This document shows positions 11,505-25,676 of a stretch of 64,000 nucleotides of DNA, piece after piece (position 1 is the stretch's first letter; the number at the start of each line of letters is the position of its first letter). The position numbers were made by a program, and so were the translations under genes. The stretch is from Azolla caroliniana (Eukaryota; Plantae; Polypodiophyta): positions 1,922,001 to 1,986,000 of the forward strand of contig JBHGNT010000002.1 in assembly GCA_043228905.1 (NCBI GenBank), in the 5' to 3' direction. The notes beneath the pieces are model-generated. The model ran no database searches, was not told the DNA's origin, and saw only the letters and a list, made by a program, of their open reading frames with translations.

Positions 11505-14015
11505 TGGGCCACACCGATTTCCTCTATACATTCTCTCTAGTGTTCATATCAATCCAAACATATACTACCATAGCTAGCGCTTCACAATCATCTACCTATA
11601 TTGTTAACACGGCTGCCCATTCTAGCTTGTTTTCTCCTATTTACGCCATAGCATTGGCCAAAGGTGTCCACCCCAATGAGCCAGACATTGACCAAAATGG
11701 ACCACTGTATTCTTACTCTATTGTTCTCAATGGCTTCGTAGCTAAGCTCACCCAACAAGAAGCTCAAGCAATGACGAGAATTGAGGGTGTTCTAAACGTA
11801 GTAGAAGACATGGTTGTGGCCAATCTTCACACGACCCACACCCCCGAGTTCTTGGACCTTAATCCTTCCTTGGGCATATGGCCGGTTTCACACTTCGGGA
11901 AGGACGTGATCATTGGTGTCATAGATTCCGGCATATGGCCCGAAAGCAAGAGCTTTGATTTTGATGATCCTTTCCTTGGCCCCATCCTGCGCCGATGGCA
12001 TGGGATTTGTGAGTCTACCCCCGACTTCTCCTTGTCTCTCCATTGTAACAAGAAGATAATCGGGACAGGAGCCGTCTACCGAGGGTACGAGGCAGCACGA
12101 GGTGCAATCGACGAGACATTGGAGTATAAGTCCCCTAGGGACGATCAGGGCTACGGGACACATACCGCATCTACAGCAGCCGGAGGGTATGTTCCTATTG
12201 CCAGTCTTTTCAGGTTGGCCAGCAGAGCCGCCCGTGGAATGGCCACGCGTGCCCGATTGGCCATCTATAAGGTGTTGGTCGTGTGGGTGCTTCAACTCCG
12301 ATCTTCTTGCCGCCTTCGATCAAGCTGTCTCAGACGGAGTAGATATCATCTCACTTTCGGGTGGGGCAGGAGTGGGAGTAGATGTTCCCCCGTACTATCT
12401 AGATCCCATTGCAATCGGCAGCCTTGCGGCCATGGAGAATGGTATTCTTGTGTCGGCATCAGCCGGCAATTCGGGCCCAGTCCCTGGGTCAGTTGCGAAT
12501 GTCGCCCCTTGGCTCCTTACCGTCGGTGCGAGCACTTTCGACCGTGATTTCCCCGCCTTCATGACACTCACCAATGACGAGTCTTATCGAGGAATCTCTC
12601 TCCACATTGGCAATGAACTCAGTGTCCAGGTATGGGGTGTACCATTAGATTCATGTGGGTGGGGTCATATAACCATATACTTAAATCTAGAGCATTCAAA
12701 ACGTTAATCTCTAACGATGAGCCCATTAGTAGCATTACTCTCATCTGTTTGTGTGTCTAGAGGAACGTGTACCAAAACACTGTATGTTTTTGTAGATGCC
12801 ACTAATCTACGGGGGCGATGCGGGCTTACCGGGTTATGGTGCGAATGCGAGTCTATGTATGCAGAGCACATCAGATCCACAACAAGTGAAGGGAAAGTTC
12901 GTAGTATGCGACCGAGGTGTGAACGCATGCGTGGCAAAAGGAATGGTGGTACTAACTGCAGGCGGGATCGGGATGATCCTTGCCAATGCTGAGATAAATG
13001 GCGAGGACCTCATAGGAGATGGCCATGTCTTGCCAGCAGTCCTTGTTGGTTTCCAAGCCGGGGCCGGCATTAAAAGCTACATCCTACGGTCCGAGGATCC
13101 AATGGCCACCATTTACTTTGCGTGTACAGTCATTGGCACAAAACTGGCCCCTATGATGGGGGCATTCTCGTCCCGCGGTCCCAACCCGACCAATCCTGAG
13201 ATCCTTAAGCCAGACATTAGCGCACCAGGGGTAAACATTTTGGCGGCATGGACAAGTAAAGTAGGTCCCACCGAGCTTCCTCAAGATCTGCACATTGTAG
13301 ATTTCAACATAATGTCTGGCAGTTCTATGGCATGCCCACACGTCGCCGGCATTGCAGCTCTTATAAGAGAAGTGCACCCTAATTGGAGCCCCACTGCAAT
13401 AAAGCTGGCCCTAATGGCAACCGCCTATACTAGAGATAACCTTGGGAATGCCCTATTAGATGGGTTTGACACCACCACCATGTCCACCCCTTTCGTCCAT
13501 GGTGCTGGACATGTCCAGCCAATGAATGCGATCGACCCGGTCTCGTTTACGACCTTAGTGCCCAAGATTATGTAGACTTCTTGTGTGGTGGTAACTACTC
13601 GGAGACCATGTTGAGTAGCTTTACAAAAGGGAAGTATAACTGCTCTTCTTCCATACTTCCTCCTGGCAACCTCAACCATCCTTCACTTACCTTCATTTAC
13701 AACCAAGGTGCAAATGCAAATTCCTTATCAAATTATAGCTACACCCTCACTAGGGTCTTGACCAATGTGGGTCCTTCTCCGGAAGGGGTGTATACTCTTA
13801 GGGATGAGGCTCCTCAGGGAGTGATAATGATGGTTGAGCCCACTTTGCTTGCATTTAGTAGACTTTATGAAAGAAAGAGCTATCTAGTAACTTGTCAAGC
13901 AAGCTATCAAGAGGCACTTCGACCCAGAGAAAGCTCCTCTACATTTGGCAGCATCACTTGGCAGGATACAATGCATGATGTTTTTAGCCATGTTTCCTTT
14001 ACTTGGCAAAACTAG
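11505..14015 (+). pseudogene. Subtilisin-like serine protease (plant SBT: I9 prodomain, S8, PA, Fn3-like), two frameshifts and catalytic His changed to Tyr; one intron 12630-12795
   Basis: [89 protein letters not shown]. Frameshifts at ~12273 and ~13539; phase-0 GT-AG intron. Confidence 0.88.
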
Positions 14016-14722
14016 ACTGACATACCACATCCAAGCTTTCTACAGTATTCATACATGGGGCTTTGTTCCTTTTTTTTACCAACATTCTCCCTCATATAAA
14101 TTAATATTTTAAAATAAATAATATGTTTCACTTTACGTACAGAATAGAGGTATTTTGTATTTTGATTTATGATGACAATATACAAGTTTTAGGCCCTACA
14201 GACATTATTGATCCATAGGAATTACATCAATATCAATTGAAAGCATTTCACGGATTATATCTAATGTCTCTTTTTTCCCATCACAGTCACTATTTTATAT
14301 CTCCATCATGCGAGATTTCAAGTTACTTATCTTGTATGTCACAGGTGCGTTGTTCATACGAGACACCAAAGTTCCAATGTAATTTACAAGTACAATGTTA
14401 TCATATATTTACATAAGATGTTGGGTTCCAATGTTTCAGAGTTACTCCGATCTAAAACGAGTTTTTGATATGAAGATTGTAAAGCATAGAACAAAAAACA
14501 TGACCAACCAAATGATTTGGATGACCCATAAAGATAAAAATCATTCCTTTGAGCCACATAACATATGTGATGGAAATTTCGGCTAATTCATTGTGAAATT
14601 GCGCATGATGCTCCCTCATCACCACACATGATTAAATGATTTGCAATATCACGTTGGGTGCTAAGCATCATGTGTGGTTTCATTGTGAATTTTTTAATAA
14701 GCAACAAATCATCACACATTCA

Positions 14723-16697
14723 CTATACATCTTGTTCAATCTCTAACTCATTGGACACCTTACCTGAGTCTCTTTCTAAAACCTTTGAAAACTTCGTTGG
14801 GATGGTGTCTCGAATTGCCACCACATCGGAAGGAGAAACTTTGAATATATGAATTCTAAATACGATTATATTCTCCTCCATTGGAAGTAGCTCAAATATG
14901 CATATGTCACCGCATCTAAGGTTCTGATCAATAACAAAGTACTTCCATCCACCACTTAGTGAGCATTCTGAACTTTCACTACCCAACCACGTAATTGTCC
15001 ATGCTTTGTTGTCCTTGTCCAAAAGGGTGACTTCTTCTGCATATTTGCTTAGATATTGCGATGCAAATCGCCTTGGGAAACCCTACTCGCAAAACAAAAC
15101 GATGCATGGATTTAGTAATATTCTCTACAAAAACAAATCGTTCATTGATGAATTAATACTACAATGAGTACAATGAGAAGAGATGCATAATTTTAAACAC
15201 GAGGAGATTTGAAACTCGAAGAGAGAGTGACTATTACCAATTTGAATCCATGACAAACATTTGAATGGCACATCAATATGATGGTGAAGGGATTGGTGCT
15301 AATGAAAGCTATTGCATCTTTGAACGCCTTTTGAGTTTCAGTATGGAAATGTATCCATACTTTCCAAAAATCATCCAAGGTAAGTAAGCTCTTATTGAAT
15401 TTGAATTCATTATGAATACTTGGAATTATAGGTAAATTTTGGTCCATTCTATCACCATTAATGTCTCCCTTTAGTTTCTTTGCGGGATGACAATTATTGG
15501 TAATGCTAGATGATGCACTTAATCCATCATCGAAAGCATTTAATTTAGGCATCTGTGTTGAGTTTATGCATGATCCATTCAATCTAGCATCTTTATATGG
15601 ATCTATTTCCTTCTCATTTGATGTGCCCTTAATTGCCGACATGCTTTTGGAGTAAATATCTTTCTCGCATGAATCCTCCCCTTCATAGATGTAGACTTTG
15701 AAGTGGCATTTTGAAACTAAGTCGAAAATGATGAGGTCTCCACTCCGAATCTCCATGTAGTAAGCAAACTCCTTCCATCCAGTGGTGATTGTTAGTGATG
15801 ATTCGTGGTCAGAATATCCAATTTTACATTGTTTGGCCTCGAGACACGCATTCCAAATACGACCACATGGTGATTCGAGCTTAATATTGTTGGTACTCAA
15901 ATATGCTTTGAATCTCTTGACAAAGGTCTTGGGGATGGTCTGTAATACATTCATAAGGAATGAGAGAGACTCTTACACGTGTATGTATATACAAAATGTG
16001 GACAACAATATTACAATATATACATATACAAGTTTGTTACACATCATATTACTAGTGAGAAGTGAGCATTCAAATATATGCGTGAATACACACATCTACA
16101 TAACCACATGCATGCATGCATGCACGCACATAAAATACTCACACATTGAGAGAGAGAGAGAGAGAGAGAGAGATACATACTCACGTGTCCATACATAAAT
16201 ACATACACACACATACACACATATTGATAGAGTAATATGCATATGTGTATATATACACACATGAAAGAGATACGTGTGGATGAATACATCCCTATATACA
16301 CACACACATATATAAACATATTATACACATGAAAGAGATATTTGTGGATATGACATCCATACATACAAACACACACACATATATATATATGTATACGAGA
16401 GAGAGATACATACATACATACACATGAGGTATGTGTGGATACATGCATACATATGTATATATGTATTACGAGAGAGAGAGAGAGAGGACTTACCAATGAT
16501 GGCTCCTCGTTTGTGAAGTCCATGGATGGGTCAGCCACCTCAAAGAAGCTCGCATAGCATGGCACCTCATGAATATGTTTATAAGCTTCATGATTATCAT
16601 CACCACAATTACGAATTCTCGTAACTATTGGAGGAGGAGGAGGAGGAGGAGTGGAGGTGTTGATCTTGCTAGTGCGCCTGCAATGTCCCATCCTCAT
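14723..16697 (-). CDS. B3-domain (REM/VRN1-like) DNA-binding protein with two B3 domains; exons 16494-16697, 15238-15939, 14723-15082
   Basis: L|TIPKTF...GWKEF...IRSGDLIIFDL and L|GFPRRF...LSGGWKYFVIDQNLRCGDICIFEL; phase-0 GT-AG junctions keep the frame. Start and terminal exon are less certain. Confidence 0.8.
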
Positions 16698-16765
16698 GCG
16701 TGCATGCTTATTTTAGCTCTTCTTTGCTCATACACACACATGTATTGTAAAGTTAAAACTAAATC

Positions 16766-16807
<42 letters not shown>

Positions 16808-16812
16808 ACAAG

Positions 16813-16857
<45 letters not shown>

Positions 16858-16860
16858 TAC
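15960..16860. repeat. Microsatellite-rich region: (CA/TA)n, (GA)n, (AT)n, (CT)n
   Basis: Visible dinucleotide runs in B3 intron 1 and upstream of the gene. Confidence 0.85.
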
Positions 16861-18018
16861 CATTCACTCACCTATTAGGTCTTTTGTGTTTTTGCCTCCC
16901 TCTTAGGAAACAAACATGGCCAATATTCACGATACATAATCTTTGTACCCCAAGGTTCTCCAGAACCGTCCATGTAGTTGAATCATAAAGGAAATGTGTA
17001 AGCTTTCAAATTTACAAAAGTAGCCAATATTACCTAAAACATGAATGAATGGCACATTAAAAAACACATATCCTCGAAAGAGCCTAAGTCACACAGTTTT
17101 GGAAATGTCCATTTGTAAGAAGACACGAGTGTAGCTACTTATACAAAAGTCTTAATGGGATTTGAATCCCTCCTAGTCATTAGTCCTAGCTCCTCACTAA
17201 GTCTGTAAGGGGATATGCTTTTCCTCGTTAAAAAGTATGCGACCATGGTCCTTTGCCAATCTTGCATCCAATATGTATCATCCATTTTCTAATATAATAT
17301 CTTGTTCTCCATGCTCATACGTACACAAACATATAATGAGCATATACACAAATATATAATGCTATTATTGACCAGGACAAACATATATAAACCTTTGGTT
17401 GTTGCATTTGATATACTCTTTGTTGGGTGTTACACAAGATGTATAGAGAAAACTCTTGGCAATAGATATAAACAACAATTAGTATGTGTGTAGGGCAAAC
17501 ATCCAATGTAGAACCATGAAATTGTAGTATTCACAAAATGAAAAAAAAGGTTGCTCTATAGGCCATCCCTGACATAATCTCAATGTCCTCATAATCAATC
17601 ATGACTGGGGAACTAGGATGCACCACACTTTCTCTTGTACTCCATTGCCCATTGGTCAAGTGTAATGTGAAATGAGGACTAGCAATAAAAGGGATAGATC
17701 AACATGTGATGTAGTGTGTATATGTAGCTACCTCGTCAATCATCTTTTTGTATGAATACTTAGTAAACGGATTCTATGGATTGTTTAGAGTGGTCTTAAC
17801 TACGGGTCTTCAAAGGCTCAAATCCACCACCACTTCTTTGCTCAAAATTTGGTTTGGAGGGGGTTAAGTACTTATGGCGAATTGTGTCCAAATCCTAGTG
17901 TTCAATGCAAGGGTCATTTGGTTCGGTGAACACCTATGTTCTTTTGACTTATGAGGAGGACATACATACATATACACACGCATATACATTGAAGGCAAGT
18001 TTGGGATATATACATATA

Positions 18019-18054
<36 letters not shown>

Positions 18055-18267
18055 TATGTATGTATATGTATATACTGTATATTACAATTTACATATATAT
18101 GTATGTATATCGTATATGTATGTCTACATATATACATAATAATATACATTATATAATATTACTGTATGTATATATATGCATACAATTCTTTCTCTCTCTG
18201 AAGTCTAATCGGAGCAGCAGCAGAAGAAGAAGAAGAAGAAGAAGAAGCAACAGTGGTTTCCATTACC

Positions 18268-21200
18268 ATGACTCTCTTCCATTTCTTCAACTGCGCAGCT
18301 CTCACCTTCGGTCCTCACGTCGTCTACTACACTGCTACTCCCCTGTAAGTCTGCGATTCTTTCGATTTGAGACAGATGTGTGTGTGTGTGAGAGAGAGAG
18401 AAAGAGGTTCTATGCGTTTATCTACATACACCGTTTGCTGCTATAACTCATCTGTTTAGTATTAGATTTGGAATGTGTACCAAGTCTCAAGCAAAAAAAG
18501 CAGCAGATGTAACAAGCATGGCTGCGTACATATCATCTTGGATTTGTTCAAATTTCACATAATCTCTCCAGTTCTAGATTTGGATTTTGCACCAAGTCAA
18601 AAGGCAAATTGCAGCAGATTTGACATTCTTTTGAACTTGTCATTTCAAGATTTAACGTCAGTGTAGCTGTATCAAGAATGTTTTATGTGCATCACAATAT
18701 TTGTCTTTGATTTTTGGCTGCCAATCCTTGAGAGAAAATGCAGCAATGGAGAAAAAAACCTCGGATTTGTTCAAGTTTTAGCATGATCTTTTGACATTTA
18801 GATTCAGCTTCCTACCAAGTTCACATTTTTCTAAACTTATCTTCTACCTACCCACCTGGAGAATTCAAAATTTAATGTCATATGTTTAGCTGAAGGATTT
18901 CCCATTTGACAGTAATTCTCAAGAAAAAGAATGCAGCATATCATTTTGGATACCTGATTTTGGTTGTATATATCGATGTAATAAACGAAAAATGCAGTAG
19001 ACTTAACTTCATTAATGTGTAGATCTGATACCAGGAATTTTCACACAATTGTTCTATATAGAGTTTAATAGCAAATTAGTATTTTTTATCATTTACCCTG
19101 CCTGTCTCAAGGGAAAATGTGCCAAATGTCTCAAGTAAAAACCACAGCAGATTTTATGTTATTTTGTATCTATCATATCTGATTTATTTCAAGATTTAAC
19201 ATGATTCTGTTCAATCACGGTTTTCTGATTCTGTATCTAGTATTTAGAAAAGATTCCAAAGTATGAAGATCTAAAGAAAGTGCATTATTCTATGTTTCTC
19301 TCTTTCCCACATGCCATGTTTATGAATCAGGAGCTTAATTTTTCACAGAAAAAATGAAGATAACTAATAATCCATGCATAGTAGGATGCCAGCTTTGTAT
19401 TATTTCGGCAGCGACTTCCACCTTTCCTTGATAATTGTAGAATATTCTTGTCTTTTAATAACTTGATGAGTGATGAGATAAAGGAGGTCAATCTAAAAGT
19501 AAAGTAGTCATCCATTTAGGTTGTGATCTAACTACCTCTAATTTTGGTAGGTTCTATGCACCTTTGCTTATTCCTCATTGAATTGTGAAGTGTCTTCTAA
19601 TTATAGCTTGGAGTGATGAAAGATTTGAGGCCAAGCTAAAAACATTTGAGAAATAATTTTCTTTTTGATACTTTGGTCAGAATAGACCGATGTTAACCCA
19701 CATCATCAATTTATTTTTAGACTCGGATTTTATACCAATTCTAAAGGAAAAATGCAGCTCATTTACGTGTTAACTTTCAGCTTGAATTTCTTACCAGGAA
19801 CATGAGATCCAATCGAAGTGCCATGAAATTTTGATTAGTCTATATTATCTTTTCTCCACACCCCAGGTTTTAATCTTTTGTGTATGCTTTAATGGGAGCT
19901 AGTGATTTAGGTTCTTGATCACAATGCTAGCTGCCTCTCCTTCCAGTTTGGCTGATGCATATTTTCCAATCATACAATTTTTGAGCATATTCTTCTATAA
20001 CTTGGCGAGTGATGAGAGAAAAGCGAGAAAATGTTGTAAAATCATTAGTGAATCTTATGTATTAACCTACTCCTGAATGGTTTGTTATGAATCTCCACCT
20101 ATAACTAGGTGAAAGTGGTTGAAAAGGGAGGTCAAGATAAAGTTGGTCAAATTACTGCAAAATTAGATGAAGTTCTTGTCACATTCTGATTGTGACTCTT
20201 ACATCTACATTAGGCTATCGGATTAAGTGCATATTGATTGCAAGAGCCTTCTGAATTAACACATTAAATTTTAACATTTGTCGAAATCAAATACAGGTCT
20301 GAGTATGACACATTAAGGACCTGTTGGAAAGCAGCCCTAGTGTATTTAGGGACTATGCTCGTAAAGGTTGGTTCTACTCTTTCTTGCGTAATGAGAATTT
20401 TTTCTAATTTTTAGCAGGCTAACGTGCCTTTTTATTCTTTTTATCTCAGCTTGTTTGCCTAGCCACATTCCTTCAGGTTTCAGAGAATGACAGCTTTGAT
20501 GTCTCTCAGGTGCAATTAAATCTCTACGAGTTGTTTGAAATCAAATATTCAACTTGGTTGTTTAGGTCATTATCTGGACATGGGGGCTTTAAGATTGTTC
20601 AATAAATAAATAGCTTGAGGTTGTTTCTGTTGCCTTTATTATGCTGCGGCAGTTTCCTTAGCGGGTGGATGCTGATATGAAGTGATAATTTTCTATCTTG
20701 CTGACGATAGATATGCTAGTGAATTAAGTTGAGTGAGGATGTATAGCTCCGTTGTCACCAAGTCAATTAGTTGTGTGAGGATGTATATTTCTGTTGCCAC
20801 CAAGTCAATTAGTTGTGTGAGGATGTATATCTCTATTGTCACCAAGTCAATTAGTTGTGAGTACTCTGGTTCCTGGTTCTGTATCATGTATGTGCACTAT
20901 GGACACGGTGTATGCAGTTTATCATATCTAATGTACTAGGGTAGGGTGTAAGCCTATCTGCATTGCTATCTTACCATGTGAGTACAATTGTTTTGAATTG
21001 TGGTGTTCTTGCTACAATTGTGATGAGATTTGTGATACTGTTGGGGTATCCAAGTAGGAAGCATGATGCAATGCCTATGCTGTCAAGACCTTGTTTAAGT
21101 CATTTAAACTGTTAGGAAATAATTTGGCTTCCAGAGTAATAGAGCCATTCTAATTGTTTATAGAACTACATGCGTACAGCTGATGTTTATGTAGTACATT

Positions 21201-23566
21201 AGTGTCCCTTATCCACACGCTCTGTTGTATTTTTGAATAATCTATGGAACTTGTTAGCATACTGCATCTTAGTTTTCTATGGTAACATGTGATGCATTTT
21301 ATCAGGAATCTCTCAAGGCTTTAATTGGGTTTTTGGACGTCATTGGGCTATACATTGCCCTCACACAATTGACATACCGCAACATTTCGCAGAATCATAA
21401 GTTTCAAGCTGTTGGACTTTGTAAGATTTTTAAGCTACATGAAGTATCTTTATATAACTATAAAGCACTGTAATGACCTTATCTGGTTTAATATATGAGA
21501 TTGTGTTCAGGTTGGGCATTTGCAGACTCCCTTCTTCATAGTTTAGCCCCATTATGGGTGGGGGCTAGAGGTTTAGAGTTCACATGGGACTATCTTCTAC
21601 AGGGTGTTGAAGCTAATGCTAACCTGGTACTGTGATCAGAACTTAATTTCAAATTTGTTCTAGAAGACTTGTAAAATATCCTTCGCTCATTGAAGCTCTT
21701 GATTTGCTTCAGGTCTTAACAATCTCACTTGCGGCCATAGGATCATTGTTGTGGCTTAGAAAAAACAAGCCTAAGGTTATTGTACCACTTATATACTTCA
21801 CGGCGGGTGTGCTGGCTACAATGCCTTCTATAATCAGGTTAGTCCTGGCTACAATGCCTTCTATAATCTGGTTAGTCCAATGATTCTAATTTCTGATTGT
21901 TAGGTAGGATGCAAGAATATGTATATATACATATAAAGCAGTTAAGAAAGTCTCTATAATAATGGTTAATGTTATGCTTGATTTTAATCTTTCAGTAACT
22001 ATGGGCTGGTTCGGAAACCAAACTGAACCGAACTGAACCATTTATAGAAAACAAAAACCAAACCAAACTGTTTATGAATTCCAGAGCCACTTAAACCAAA
22101 CCATTTAAGAAAAAGGTAAACCAAACTGCTTAAGGAAATGTTGAAAACAAACCAAACCATTTAATCACAAATTTAAGCTAACCATTTGAGTCAAATTAAT
22201 TAAAAAATTAAATAAATAAAAATACGTTAAATTAAATTAGTAGTTAAGTTTAATTAATCAAATCAATAATAAAAAACATCAACTAAACCATTAAGGGAAA
22301 AAAAAAGTTAACGAAAACCAATAAACCAAACCACTTAAACTTATAAACTGATAAACCCGAATTTTAGAACCAAACTGAACTAAAACCAAACCGTTTTATT
22401 ATATTGGAACTGATAAACCGATAAACCATAGCTTATTAGTTTGGTTCGGTTTGAGTCGAAACTGGGCCTACAGCTACCTTTACGCCTTTTTAAGCGCTAG
22501 GAAATTCTATTTGTGCTATGTAATGGTGAAAGTGTTGCTTTCTTTTTCACAAAGAAGGTTTGCATTCATAAAAATCCTTGCAAATGTCTCCCTCAAAAAT
22601 TTATGTTTATGGATGTCACCTTTAATCTCCCATTGTCCCCATGTAGACCACACAAAGAAGAAATAATATTACTATTTCTCTAGGAACAAAACCTCATGTC
22701 TCCGAGCTAGATGTATCTTCACCCACCAACTCACTTTGCCAATGCTTTTTGCCCAATCACCATGATAGCTTTCTATTGTTTGCACTCTTTACATTATCCT
22801 TTAAATCAGTAATCAGCTCAAGATAGCTAGCTGAAAACTGAAAAATCTAAAATTTAGGAATATCCCATCCTGGAAATATGTTTCATTAAAAACATCATGT
22901 CCTGAAATTATGCTTAACTTAGAGCTCTATAATTTAAGAACGTGCCTTCCTGAAAATATCTTATCTCTCCCTTTTCCCAGAAGAATAAGTCCAAGGTTAG
23001 ATTTATCTTCACCCACCAACTCACTTCGCCAATGCTTTTTGCCCAATCACCGTGATACCTTTCTATTGTTTGCACTCATTACATTATCCTTTATATCAGT
23101 AATCAGCTCAAAATAGCTAGCTGAAAACCTAAAAATCTAAAATTTAAGAACATCCCAAAACATCCTGTCCTGAAATTATGCCAAACTTAGAGCTCTATAA
23201 TTTAAGAACTTGCTTTCCTGAAAATATCTTATCTCTCCCTTTTCCCAGAAGAATAAGTCCAGGGGCCCTCAGGCTTCAGCCCTAACCAAGAGTTAGTCTA
23301 AGTACATTGTATGGCTAATGCGATTTATATACAGATTTATTATTGTAACAGCGATTGTGTGAGAGAGATTAAGATGATGATAATGATTTTTAATGTCCTC
23401 AAGAGACTACAAACTAACAACAGTTCCTTTTAAATGCAGCTATCTTCGTCAAGGATTAGGATGGGATTTTTCTAAAGTAGTTGCTTTCAAGGTGTTAGCT
23501 TCGACGGGTCTCGGTCTGCTTACATGGCAACTCTTTAATGCCTGTCAAAGACCAGTTGTGCAATGA
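18268..23566 (+). CDS. TMEM147: Transmembrane protein 147 homolog, 7 exons (18268-18344, 20297-20366, 20450-20509, 21306-21420, 21511-21626, 21713-21837, 23440-23566), 229 aa
   Basis: Spliced ORF of 690 nt: MTLFHFFNCAALTFGPHVVYY...LSEYD...KLVCLATF...LAPLWVGARGLEFTWDY...EANANL; all introns GT-AG. Confidence 0.92.
20732..20860. repeat. 42-bp minisatellite, 3 copies (TMEM147 intron 3)
   Basis: Unit GTGAGGATGTATAnnTCnnTTGnCACCAAGTCAATTAGTTGT repeated. Confidence 0.9.
21995..22477. mobile_element. MITE-like insertion with AAACC/GGTTT subterminal repeats (TMEM147 intron 6)
   Basis: Imperfect terminal inverted repeats (GTAACTATGGGC / GCCTACAGCTAC), AT-rich core, many AAACC(G) motifs. No clear target-site duplication. 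Confidence 0.6.
22708..23262. repeat. Tandem duplication of a ~290-bp unit, about 2 copies
   Basis: TAGATnTATCTTCACCCACCAACTCACTT... starts at 22708 and 22998; the copies are highly similar. Confidence 0.9.
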
Positions 23567-25676
23567 ATAGAGTTAATCTATTTCACGTATGCATTCGTTT
23601 TTTTTATTCAATCAAAATTGTGGTATTAATTACCTCTGTAGTCTGAAACTAGTGCACATTTCAATGTTGTGCAAGAAAATCTGAAATCCAAAAGTATTTA
23701 GCCAAATTTGTAGTTAATTATTTGTCTATTGTCATCATCGATTTCAGAATTGTGAAGAACATATTTTATGGAGAGTTGTAATTGGGTTTGCGATGCAATG
23801 AATATACTAGTTAATCCCTTGATCAATTTCAGTGTATTTAAATAGTACGAATTGGGTAAACAATTGTTATTACCTTGATTATTTGATATCAGTTTTGTTG
23901 ATGGTTTGATTTAGCATTTTTGCTTTGGCTTAGGTTTGGAACGTTCACATGTTTTTTTTATCTTATCTATTAATATTGGAGAAAAGAGATAAGTTTATAG
24001 GGGGATGAAGATGTCAAGAACATACATGGACCAAAATTATTAAATGTGATAAGTTTATTCCAATTTTCCAGAGCTTTTTGGGGATTTGTAAGATATCATG
24101 TGAAAGGTTGATCAAAATATCAAGTTTCTTCTTATATATGTAGTTATAGATAAAATGATACGAGCATGCATGGATTCATTTAACCCAAAACTTGCCTTCC
24201 AGAAATAGATGACTTTGAACAGCTTAGGGCCTTTCTGGACACTCACATCACTCTTTGAAAATTATTAAACACCGCCCAGTATGCTAATCATCATCATTAT
24301 CCCACTGTTATCATTGTTAGAACTGGGTGAATAGTTTATGTAACTTGGTTATAATGCATATTCTATTTGTTTTTCTTGAATGGAGCTGTGAATCAATATA
24401 TTCTTGTATGTCCTATGCATATGGAAGATGAAATTTCAGAATATATATATATAATATGGTTCTTGCAAATACATTTAGAAGATGCACAAAAGCTTATATG
24501 TCTTGGATAGTTTTCCATGCATTGTGGGTGGTGTCATTAGCTCTAAAGAAAAGGTTAGACTTGCTCAGTCTCTCAATCAGATAAAACATGCATTGTGCAC
24601 AATATTATTGTGCTTGAAAAAGGTAAAACGCTTGAAAAATGTTTGCTTGCACTTCCCTCCATAGTATGCACTTTGACACTTGAACTTAATTTTCAAAAGA
24701 CCATGTAGTGTTGAGCTGCAATACACAAATGTACATTATCCCTCTCATTACCTATATAAAGGGGAGAGGTGACTCCTCATCAATTAGTGAATTAATTCCT
24801 TACATTGTTTGTTTGACATGCTTTCTCTCCCTTTCTATCTTCCCACACTTTGCATTTTACTCCCACACCCACCCGATTAGTCTCAAACTTCACTTCCAAA
24901 AGACCACATCCTCCTAATAGTTGACTTTGACCATTTTGAATCATCCATGTTCATCTCTTTGAATAATTATAGGCTTTGGCCTATCCATCACTATAAAATT
25001 ATGTCCTTTACGTCCAACATAGCATAAAAAAGAAGACCTTGACTAAGCATGCCCATTATGTCTTATTGGTCATAGAAAAATAATTCTCCATATATCATAC
25101 ATATTAGGACACCAAACTCCATTACATTCAAAGTAACCATCTTCATTACTCACTAGTCAGGCCTCTTGTTGGTTAGAACACATTCCTACTGTGTACGTAT
25201 GTTTACTATATTCCCATTGCAGACACTATGTCCAATTTATTTATTATTGAAAAGTTTAGTTCTCCACATCATACATTTTAGATGGATAATTAACTTCATG
25301 TATATTCTAAGCAACAATATTAATTACTCATTCGTTAGGCCTCTTGTTTGCTTGAACACATTCCCATCGTGTAAGTAACATATCATAGATTTTATTGACA
25401 ATAAACTCTCCTTACATTCGAAACAACAATCTTCATTACTAACTAGTTAGGCTTATTGTTAGCTTGTGCATGTTATCATTGTGTAAGCATAATCAAGGAA
25501 TTGATAAAATTTAAACTTCACAGTTAAAAACAGGTAACTATAAAAGAAGGCTGATATATATATATATATATCGTCAAATGAACATTGTCATGCAAAGCCA
25601 ATTTCTCTACAATTGTTGGATATGGTGACATTGATCATAATGGGTAGTTAAAGTCCTCTGTGGTCATGCATTGTCA

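Noticed and set aside
17905-18446. ORFs rich in Y/V/C/M/I upstream of TMEM147
   Set aside because: Microsatellite (TA/TG/GAA) translations.
20732-20860. Regularly spaced repeats resembling a CRISPR array
   Set aside because: Contiguous tandem units without unique spacers, in a eukaryotic intron, with no cas genes.
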